DNA of 33,501 nt. Origin: Gaiellaceae bacterium. Its GTDB lineage: Bacteria; Actinomycetota; Thermoleophilia; Gaiellales; Gaiellaceae. The notes under the pieces are model-generated. The model searched no databases. It was not told the origin of the DNA and worked only from the letters and a program-made list of their open reading frames with translations. The stretch lies in contig DASVFB010000103.1 in the NCBI GenBank assembly GCA_036380275.1, positions 1 through 33,501 on the forward strand, in the 5' to 3' direction. Positions 17,266 through 24,020 of the stretch are shown piece after piece (position 1 is the first letter of the stretch; every line of letters begins with the position of its first letter). The translations under genes and the position numbers were made by a program.

Positions 17266-17648
17266 GGTGGCGGCGAACACAGAGCGCGGACTCCGAGGCC
17301 GCGGGTCCAGATCCGCCGCGCCGCCGGCGTTACCTCCCGCCTCCGAGCCGGCTGCGTCGCGAGCGACGCTCACTCCTGCGTTACAGAGAGCAGCGCATCC
17401 GCGACCTCGGCGGGCTGATGCTCGAGATGTATCGGCAGGATCAGTTTCGCCAGGACGTCGTGCACGAGCAGGCCGGCGAGATCGTCGCGCTCGAAGAGCG
17501 CGTTCGCGAGGTCGACCGGCTGCTCGCGGCGCGGACCAGTCGCAGCGAGCGCAGCCTGCGCTGCGGCAAGTGCGGCACGCGGCTGTATGAGGGCGCCCAC
17601 TTCTGCCCGTCGTGCGGGCAGGCCCTCGAGCCTCAGGCCGAAGTGTGA
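17262..17648 (+). CDS. Coiled-coil protein with a C-terminal zinc ribbon
   Basis: 128 aa ending in LRCGKCGTRLYEGAHFCPSCGQAL. Its TTG start overlaps the ALDH stop (TTGA), and I found no other in-frame canonical start codon upstream of the conserved region. Confidence 0.55.
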   Translation: MRWRRTQSADSEAAGPDPPRRRRYLPPPSRLRRERRSLLRYREQRIRDLGGLMLEMYRQDQFRQDVVHEQAGEIVALEERVREVDRLLAARTSRSERSLRCGKCGTRLYEGAHFCPSCGQALEPQAEV

Positions 17649-18262
17649 GCTCCTGCCCGCAGTGCGGGGCGCTGTACGAACCGGAACAGGAGTACTGCTT
17701 CGAGTGCGGCCGCCCGCTCCGCACGCCGACAAGGCTGGAGACGTTCCGGCGCAGGTACGCGGGCAATGCCGTCCTGCCGCTGCTCGGCGTGCTGCTGCTC
17801 GCGGCACTCGGGGCGCTTGTCGCCATCGCGGTGTCCCGCGGCGACAACGGCACGACGACGATCGTCGCGACGAACATCCCCCAGCGCACGACAGTCATCA
17901 AGCCGCCCGTCTTCGGGACGACGACCGTCGCGACGACTATTCCGCCGGTCGTGACGTCGGCGCAACCGCCGCGGCCGAGCGCGCTGACCGAGTGGACGCT
18001 CGCCGACGGCTACACGCTCGTGCTCGCGACGATCCCGCTCGCCAACGGTCGCGCCAGCGCCGTGCAGATCGCGAAGCGGGCGCTCGCACAGGGCCTGCCC
18101 GACGTCGGCATCATCGACACGCGACGGTTCACCGGCCTGGCACCGGGGTACTTCGCCGTGTTCAGCGGCGTCTACCAGTCGAACGCGGACGCGGCGGCGA
18201 ACATCGACCAGGCGCAGCAGGCCGGCTTTGTCGCTCCGTACGCGCGGCGGGTCACCCGGTGA
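17645..18262 (+). CDS. Zinc-ribbon / TM / Thr-Pro linker / SPOR-domain protein
   Basis: SCPQCGALYEPEQEYCFECG, then the TM helix AVLPLLGVLLLAALGALVAIAV, then a C-terminal segment GYTLVLATIP...YFAVFSGVYQSNADAAANIDQAQQAGF with a SPOR-like pattern. Its GTG start overlaps the preceding stop (GTGA). Confidence 0.6.
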   Translation: MSSCPQCGALYEPEQEYCFECGRPLRTPTRLETFRRRYAGNAVLPLLGVLLLAALGALVAIAVSRGDNGTTTIVATNIPQRTTVIKPPVFGTTTVATTIPPVVTSAQPPRPSALTEWTLADGYTLVLATIPLANGRASAVQIAKRALAQGLPDVGIIDTRRFTGLAPGYFAVFSGVYQSNADAAANIDQAQQAGFVAPYARRVTR

Positions 18263-18350
18263 GGCGAGGTGTAGCCGTCGCCTGATTGGGTAGTCAACGA
18301 GAGTGTTCGAAAGGGACGTGTTGGCTCGGGCGACAACGAAAGGCGCGACT

Positions 18351-18378
18351 TTGTAACAGGCGGCAAATTCTGTATGCT
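18351..18378 (+). promoter_or_regulatory. Sigma-70-like promoter candidate upstream of the orphan 148-aa gene
   Basis: TTGTAA, a 16-nt spacer, then TATGCT, located in an AT-richer 200-bp intergenic region. Downstream are a polypyrimidine tract (18391-18402) and the perfect palindrome TTGTTAACAA (18415-18424). Confidence 0.3.
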
Positions 18379-18464
18379 CGCTCGCAGCCGCCCTCTCCTC
18401 TCGACTTTTACGCGTTGTTAACAAAGGTTTCCGGCCACTTAATACGCAACGGATAAGACTCCGA

Positions 18465-18911
18465 ATGGACGACCGCATCAGCCAGCTTCGTAACTGCATG
18501 TATCAGTACTCGCGCGCCATCTATAGGTCGATCAAAGACCTGATCGACCCGTACGTGACGCCGGCGGAGCGCCTGGAGTACCGGCGTGAGGTGCTCGCCC
18601 ACTGCGAGCAGACCATGGAGCGGCTCGCGACCGATCCTCTGTATTTCGCGAAGCCCGACCGCGCCCTCTTCCAGGACATCCGGCGTTACTTCCCGATCAC
18701 CGTGCAGGCACAGGTCGCCTGGGCCGTGCAGGAGGGTGTTGCCGCGGCCGTTGCGTTCATCGAGGACCAGATCGAGGCAGGCGCCCTCGACGGCGGCGTC
18801 GCCCGGTGCCGCGCGACGACCCGCAAGGGCAAGCCGTGCCAGCGCACGCCGCTGCCCGAGCGCGACTACTGCCCTTCACATCAACATCTCGAGACTCGAG
18901 TCGCCGCCTAG
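18465..18911 (+). CDS. Hypothetical protein with a C-terminal Cys3-His knuckle
   Basis: 148 aa with an ATG start. The C-terminus is CRATTRKGKPCQRTPLPERDYCPSHQH. Its codon usage is less GC3-biased than that of neighbouring genes. Confidence 0.5.
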   Translation: MDDRISQLRNCMYQYSRAIYRSIKDLIDPYVTPAERLEYRREVLAHCEQTMERLATDPLYFAKPDRALFQDIRRYFPITVQAQVAWAVQEGVAAAVAFIEDQIEAGALDGGVARCRATTRKGKPCQRTPLPERDYCPSHQHLETRVAA

Positions 18912-18925
18912 CAGCACCGCGCTCG

Positions 18926-18954
18926 CCGCGCAAAGTGCTGCGCACTTTGCGCGG
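18926..18954. repeat. 29-nt perfect palindrome, REP-like family A, copy 1
   Basis: CCGCGCAAAGTGC-TGC-GCACTTTGCGCGG has 13-bp arms and a 3-nt loop. It begins 15 nt after the stop at 18911. Confidence 0.8.
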
Positions 18955-18962
18955 AAAAGCCC

Positions 18963-18989
18963 GGACAGGCGCGCTTCGCGCGCGTGTCC
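18963..18989. repeat. GGACAGG-type hairpin (family B)
   Basis: GGACAGGCGCGC-TTC-GCGCGCGTGTCC has 12-bp arms with one mismatch. Confidence 0.65.
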
Positions 18990-19034
18990 AATTGGCTCGA
19001 TTGAAGGCGCTCTGCTTCGTTGATTCGCGAGTGA

Positions 19035-19057
19035 GCAGTGCGGCAAAGCCGCACTGC
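19035..19057. repeat. Perfect 10-bp-arm hairpin
   Basis: GCAGTGCGGC-AAA-GCCGCACTGC. Confidence 0.65.
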
Positions 19058-19141
19058 CGACGTCACGTTTGGCTCCGCTGATACGAATCCACACGAAACC
19101 CACAGCGCTTTCCACAGGGGTAAGCGACTAGGCTCGTTCGG

Positions 19142-21184
19142 GTGAGTCACGACACGGACAAGCTGATCCGGCAGCTCTCGCTCGTCGCCTACCTGATGGC
19201 CGAGCGGCGGGCACTTACCGCTCGCGACGTCAAGTCGAACGTCGAGGGGTACTCGGAGATGTCGGACGAGGCGTTCGCGCGGCGGTTCTACTCCGACCGC
19301 GCGGAGCTGATCGCGCTCGGCGTGCCACTCCACTCGCAGCGCGATGAGTTCACGGGCGAGGAGCTCTACACGCTGCGGCGGGAGCAGTACTTCCTTCCCG
19401 AGCTGGAGCTCAAGGATGACGAGCTCGCGGCGCTCCAGACAGCACTGTTCCTCCTCGATGGGAAGTTCGCGTACGCGGAGCCGCTGCGGCTCGCGCTGCA
19501 GAACCTCGCGCTCGGCCGACCGGGCTTCAGCGAACTGCCGACCGACACCGCCGTGCGCGTCGAGGTGCTCGACGCGGACTACTCGGCGGAGATGCCGGGC
19601 CGGCTCGCGAAGCTCGAGGGCGCTATCTCGAAGCAGCGCACGATCAAGGTTCCCTACTACTCGATCTCGCGCGACAAGGAGTCCGAGCGGACGCTGAATC
19701 CGTTCGCGTTGCTCACCGACAACGGCATCTGGTACGTGATCGCCGAGGATCTGGATGACAACCGGCGCAAGAAGTTCCGAGTCTCGCGGGTTCGCGGCGA
19801 CATCCGCTTCGCGACCCGGCGCGAGCGCGACTTTCGCACGCCGACCGACTTCGACATCGACGAGTATCGCGGCCGCCCGCCGTGGCAGATCGGCGATCTC
19901 GCCGGCGAGGCCCGCATCGAGGTGACGGGCGACACCGCGTGGTGGGTCGAGCGGTCTTATGGCGACACGGGCCGGCTGGAGGACGACGTCTTCGTCACGG
20001 AGTACTCGTCGATCCCGTTGCTCGCCGCGTGGGTGCTGCGCCAGGACGGCCGCGCGCTGCCGCTCGAGCCCATCGAGCTGAGGCGCGAGGTCGCTCGCGC
20101 GCTCCGGGCCGTTCACGCGGCGCACGGAGGACACCCGCCGCCCTTGGCGCGCGAATCCCCCGCGCCGGCGGCCAACGGAACCGGCGAACGCCCGGCAGGC
20201 CCCGTGACGCCGGAGCGCTTCGCGGTGCTGCAGGCGCTCCTCGCGTATCTGCTCGCGCGCTGCGGCGAGGGGCGAGAAGCCGTCATCTCCGCAGACGACA
20301 TCGTCGAGCGCTTCCGCATCCCCGCGGACGAGCTCGAGGACCACCTCGCGCTGCTGAACCTCGTGAACTTCGGCGGCGGTTGTTACACCGTGTACGCCGA
20401 GCTCATCGACGGACGTGTGCACGTCGACAAGGAGCTCTACGGCGAGACGTTCCGTGCCGCACCGCGACTGACGCCGCTCGAGGCTCGGGCGATCCGCCTC
20501 GCGCTCGAGTACGTCGGGCCGATGATCGCGGCGGAGTCGCACACTCCGCTCGCCCGCGTGCGCAAGAAGCTCGAAGAGACGTTCGGACAGTTCGAGCTCG
20601 TGCAGACTGCCGAGCCGCACGTCGGCGGTGAGGAGGAGAGCTTCGTTTCGATCTTCAGCACGGCGATCCGAAGTCGCCGCCTTGTGGAGGTCGAGTACAA
20701 GAAGGAAGGCGAGGAGGGGTCGTCGACGCGGATCGTCGAGCCGTACTCACTCGAGCGTGAGCTTCCCAACTGGCGCGTCCACACGTGGGATCGGACGCGC
20801 GACGGCGAGCGAAGCTTCCGCCTCGACCGGATGCGCGACGCGAAGCTGCTCGACGAGACGTTCGAGCGCCGCGAAGGCTTCGAGCCGAGCCGGCTCCGCG
20901 ATGCGCGCATGGCCCGTGTGCTCTACACGAAGGACGTCGCCCGCTGGGCGATCGAGCGCGGCGCCCGCCGGCTCGCCGACGGAACCGCGGTCGCCGAACT
21001 GCCCGTGGGAAGCCCGGAGTGGCTGGAGAGCGAGGTCTTCTCCTACCGCGGCAACGCGATCGTCCTCGAGCCGGACGACCTGCGCCGCCATATCCGCGAC
21101 CGCGCCAAACAACTCGCGGCCGAATTACGCGTCAACAGGCTTCGCCTGTCCGGCCCGAGTGCTGCGCACTCGGGCCGGGGGTAG
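19142..21184 (+). CDS. pafBC: Fused PafB-PafC-like transcriptional regulator (two HTH-WYL-WCX modules in one chain)
   Basis: 680 aa with a GTG start. Module 1 has KLIRQLSLVAYLMAERRALTARDV (HTH) and IKVPYYSISRDKESERTLNPFALLTDNGIWYVIAED...KFRVSRVRG (WYL). Module 2 has RFAVLQALLAYLLAR...ISADDIVERFRIP (HTH) and LVEVEYKKEGEEGSSTRIVEPYSLERELPNWRVHTWDR...FRLDRM (WYL). Confidence 0.8.
   Translation: MSHDTDKLIRQLSLVAYLMAERRALTARDVKSNVEGYSEMSDEAFARRFYSDRAELIALGVPLHSQRDEFTGEELYTLRREQYFLPELELKDDELAALQTALFLLDGKFAYAEPLRLALQNLALGRPGFSELPTDTAVRVEVLDADYSAEMPGRLAKLEGAISKQRTIKVPYYSISRDKESERTLNPFALLTDNGIWYVIAEDLDDNRRKKFRVSRVRGDIRFATRRERDFRTPTDFDIDEYRGRPPWQIGDLAGEARIEVTGDTAWWVERSYGDTGRLEDDVFVTEYSSIPLLAAWVLRQDGRALPLEPIELRREVARALRAVHAAHGGHPPPLARESPAPAANGTGERPAGPVTPERFAVLQALLAYLLARCGEGREAVISADDIVERFRIPADELEDHLALLNLVNFGGGCYTVYAELIDGRVHVDKELYGETFRAAPRLTPLEARAIRLALEYVGPMIAAESHTPLARVRKKLEETFGQFELVQTAEPHVGGEEESFVSIFSTAIRSRRLVEVEYKKEGEEGSSTRIVEPYSLERELPNWRVHTWDRTRDGERSFRLDRMRDAKLLDETFERREGFEPSRLRDARMARVLYTKDVARWAIERGARRLADGTAVAELPVGSPEWLESEVFSYRGNAIVLEPDDLRRHIRDRAKQLAAELRVNRLRLSGPSAAHSGRG
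21150..21178. repeat. 29-nt perfect palindrome, family A, copy 2 (inside the last codons of pafBC)
   Basis: CCGGCCCGAGTGC-TGC-GCACTCGGGCCGG. It is preceded by the family-B-like hairpin ACAGGC-TTC-GCCTGT at 21135-21149. Confidence 0.8.
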
Positions 21185-21215
21185 ACCGCGCGCGCAAGTG
21201 CGCCTGCCGGTCTAC
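21181..21215. repeat. Inverted repeat whose arms contain both convergent stop codons
   Basis: GTAGACCG...CGGTCTAC. The TAG at 21182-21184 ends pafBC, and the CTA at 21212-21214 is the stop of the kinase gene on the minus strand. Confidence 0.6.
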
Positions 21216-23026
21216 CCGGGCGAAATGCGCAGCATTTCGCCCGGAACTAGACCGGGCAGGGTGAGGGTGAAGGTCGCACCCTGCCCGGGAACGGAGCGAA
21301 CCTCGACCGTTCCGCCGTGCGCTTCGGCAATCGAGCGTGCGATGAAGAGCCCGAGCCCGGTGCCCGCACGCCCGGCGCCGCTCTTTGCGCGGCCGAACTT
21401 CTCGAAGATGACGCCGTGCTCCTCCCGCGGGATGCCCGGCCCTCGATCGCGGACGCCGATGACGACGCGGCCGTTCGTCGTCGACACCTCCACGTCGACC
21501 TGCTCGCCGCCCTGTGACCACTTGACAGCGTTCTCGATCAGGTTCGCGAGAACCTGGCGCAGCCGCACGCGGTCGCCGCGCACGTCCGGGAGCGGCCTGT
21601 GCACGACGGCGCGGATCTCCACCTCGTCCTGACCGAGAGCCGCCGAAGCGACGGCCTCCTCGGCGAGCTCGCCGACGTCCAGGTCGTCGAACCTGTAGGT
21701 GAAAGTGCCCGCCTCGATGCGCGACGTGTCGAGGACGTCGGCGATGAGGTCGGCGAGTCGGCTCGTCTCGTCGGCGATCAGCTCGAGGAACGAGGCGCGC
21801 TGCTCAGGAGAGAGCTCGCGCCACCGCTGCTGAAGCGTCCGCGCCGCGCCGATCACCGCAGCCATCGGGCTGCGCAGCTCGTGTGAGACGAGCGAGACGA
21901 AGTCCGCGCGCAAGGCGGAGAGGCGGCGCAGCTCCTCCACGGTGCGACGCTCGGCGTCGTACGAGCGAATGTTCTGCACCGCCGTCGCCGCGAGACGGCC
22001 GATCAGCGAGACGAGCTCGACCTCCTCCGCGCTGAAGGCGTCGGGCTCCCGGCGGACGAAGGAGATGAGCCCGACGGCGGTCGACCCGACGAGCAGCGGC
22101 GCGGTCAGTCGCGAGCGAAGTCCGAGCCCGAGCAGCATCGTTTCCTCTGGATGGAGCTCGTCGAGCATGTCGCGCCTGTACACCGTGCGCCCAGCAGAGA
22201 GGGTTTCGAAGATCGACCCGCCGATGGGCCTCGACGTCCCCGGCGGAAAGACCTTCCTGGCACCTTCGCCGGCGGTCGCGAGCACTTCGAGGCGGTCGCC
22301 TTCGACGAGCACAACGGCAATCCGGTCGAACGCCACGAGCCCGCGCACCTCGCGGATGAATGCACCGAAGGCTTCCTCGAGGGCCAGGGACGACCCGAGC
22401 GCGCGGGCGCAACGGTTCGCGGCCTCGAGCACGTCGACGCGGCGGCCGAGCGCGTCCCTCAGTTCCTCTGCCTCGGTCGTGCGGCCCTCCGACACCGCTC
22501 GCTCGCGTTCGAAGCGCCGCACGAACCAGCCGACTATCAGGCCGACGACGATCAGGCCTCCCACCTGGAACGCGACGTAGTCGGCTTTGAAAGCCTCACC
22601 CGCGCTGTCCGCGCGTAGGCGCTCGAACTCGATCAGCACCGGCACGGTCAAGACCGTGAGCACGATCGGGCCGATGATCCCGAAGCGCACGGCTGCCTCG
22701 GTGACGGCCAGGTAGAGAACCTGACGGATCGGGCTGCCGGGCTCGAAATTGTAGACCAGCAGGTACCCGGAGAGCACCGCCGTATCGAACGCCAGCGCGG
22801 ACACGGCGAGCACCAGCTGCTGCGGCCGTGACATCTCCCGCCGGCTGAGCACGAAGATAACCGCCGCACCGATTGCGAACAGCACGGTGATGAGCCATGC
22901 GTCGCGCAGATACCCCGGTGGGTAGCCCGTGCTGAACACGACCTGCACGACGGCGAACGCGACGGCTCCGAGGCGAATGGAGGCGATCCAGCGTTCGGTG
23001 TCGCGCAGATGTGCTTGCTCGGTCAT
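21212..23026 (-). CDS. Polytopic GAF-domain sensor histidine kinase with no adjacent response regulator
   Basis: 604 aa: about 5-6 N-terminal TM helices, a GAF-like middle region, VSHELRSPMAAVIG (H-box), ANLIENAVKW (N-box), DRGPGI and GTGLGLFIA. There is an ATGA overlap with the queG stop. Confidence 0.85.
   Translation of the reverse strand: MTEQAHLRDTERWIASIRLGAVAFAVVQVVFSTGYPPGYLRDAWLITVLFAIGAAVIFVLSRREMSRPQQLVLAVSALAFDTAVLSGYLLVYNFEPGSPIRQVLYLAVTEAAVRFGIIGPIVLTVLTVPVLIEFERLRADSAGEAFKADYVAFQVGGLIVVGLIVGWFVRRFERERAVSEGRTTEAEELRDALGRRVDVLEAANRCARALGSSLALEEAFGAFIREVRGLVAFDRIAVVLVEGDRLEVLATAGEGARKVFPPGTSRPIGGSIFETLSAGRTVYRRDMLDELHPEETMLLGLGLRSRLTAPLLVGSTAVGLISFVRREPDAFSAEEVELVSLIGRLAATAVQNIRSYDAERRTVEELRRLSALRADFVSLVSHELRSPMAAVIGAARTLQQRWRELSPEQRASFLELIADETSRLADLIADVLDTSRIEAGTFTYRFDDLDVGELAEEAVASAALGQDEVEIRAVVHRPLPDVRGDRVRLRQVLANLIENAVKWSQGGEQVDVEVSTTNGRVVIGVRDRGPGIPREEHGVIFEKFGRAKSGAGRAGTGLGLFIARSIAEAHGGTVEVRSVPGQGATFTLTLPGLVPGEMLRISPG
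21216..21244. repeat. 29-nt perfect palindrome, family A, copy 3 (inverted orientation, inside the last codons of the kinase gene)
   Basis: CCGGGCGAAATGC-GCA-GCATTTCGCCCGG. On the minus strand the loop reads TGC. Confidence 0.8.
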
Positions 23027-24000
23027 TCGCCACGCCCTGCGATGTGCGCTCGCGCCCAGGTTGCATGATCATCGTCGAGGCCGTCGAGCAAGTCGAGGTG
23101 CTCGGCGTTGCCCGAGTTGCCGAGCGCGACGATCGCGTTTCGCTGCAGGTAGCGGCCGTCGTTACGCGGCACGTACAACCGGTCGTAGCGCCGGGCGAGC
23201 TCGCTCGGTTCCGAGCGCAGCCAGTCGACGAGCGAGACGACGGGCTGCCCGCGCGGCTCCTCGTTGGCGCGGCGTTTCTCGATTCCGCGGTTCCACGGAC
23301 AGACGTCCTGGCAGATGTCGCAGCCGTAGACGCGGTCCTCGAGCGGTGCGCGCATCGCTTCCGGGATCGGCTCCGGCGACTGCGTCCAGTACGAGAGGCA
23401 ACGCGTCGCGTCGAGCGTGCCCGGGTCGTCGAGGGCGCCGGTCGGGCACGCGTCGATGCAGAGCCGGCAGGAGCCGCAGTCGAGGTCGAGCGGAGGCGTC
23501 GACTCGATCTCGACGTCCGTGACGAGCGTTCCGAGCACGACCCAGGATCCGAAACGCTTGGTGATCAGGAGCGTGTTCTTGCCGTAGAAGCCCACGCCGG
23601 CGCGCGCGGCGCCTTCGCGGTCGACGTGCTGGTTCGCGTCAACGAGGACGCGGTACTCGCCGCCGATCGCGGCGCCGAGTTGCTCGAGCTTCTTGCGCAG
23701 CTCGGCGTAGTAATCGTCCCATGTGTAGCGCGGCAGCCGTCCCTCCCCCGGGCCCGGCTCGGGGCCTGGTCGGTAGTAGCAGAGCGCTGCCGAGACGACC
23801 GTGCGCGCATTCGGCAGCAGGGTCTCGGGATGGCACGACACCTCGGGCTGCGCCATCGTGAAGCGCATGTCGGCGAAGAGGCCCCGTGCGCGCCGCTCGC
23901 GGATGTGTCGCTCCGTCTCGACGTAGGGCTCCGCCGGCGCCGCGCCGACGACGTCCAGGCCGAGCTCTTCGCCGAGCCGCTCGAGCTCATTCGAGGTCAC
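23023..24000 (-). CDS. queG: tRNA epoxyqueuosine(34) reductase
   Basis: 325 aa with a GTG start. It carries two ferredoxin-type clusters, CGSCRLCIDACP and CDICQDVCPWN, plus RCLSYWT and a C-terminal HEAT-like region. Confidence 0.85.
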   Translation of the reverse strand: MTSNELERLGEELGLDVVGAAPAEPYVETERHIRERRARGLFADMRFTMAQPEVSCHPETLLPNARTVVSAALCYYRPGPEPGPGEGRLPRYTWDDYYAELRKKLEQLGAAIGGEYRVLVDANQHVDREGAARAGVGFYGKNTLLITKRFGSWVVLGTLVTDVEIESTPPLDLDCGSCRLCIDACPTGALDDPGTLDATRCLSYWTQSPEPIPEAMRAPLEDRVYGCDICQDVCPWNRGIEKRRANEEPRGQPVVSLVDWLRSEPSELARRYDRLYVPRNDGRYLQRNAIVALGNSGNAEHLDLLDGLDDDHATWARAHIAGRGE

Positions 24001-24020
24001 CCCGATAGTGTGCCCCGCCT

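Noticed and set aside
15874-17901. 675-aa minus-strand ORF.
   Set aside because: It is antisense to the aldehyde dehydrogenase and zinc-ribbon genes. It is Arg/Ala-rich with no motifs, a typical high-GC shadow ORF.
18290-18330. GTTCGAAAG sequence resembling a tRNA T-loop.
   Set aside because: The flanking bases cannot form a T-stem, and no acceptor or anticodon arms can be drawn. It is not a tRNA.
18351-18378. Possible PafBC-dependent RecA-NDp promoter (TTGTCRGTG-N8-TANNNT), because TTGTAACAG lies upstream of a gene next to pafBC.
   Set aside because: The spacing to the TA-containing -10 hexamer does not fit. TATGCT starts 22 nt after the TTG rather than 17, and the -35 half matches poorly.
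18908-20620. 570-aa minus-strand ORF.
   Set aside because: It is antisense to the PafBC-like gene, whose two HTH-WYL modules are clearly recognisable. The shadow ORF has no recognisable domains.
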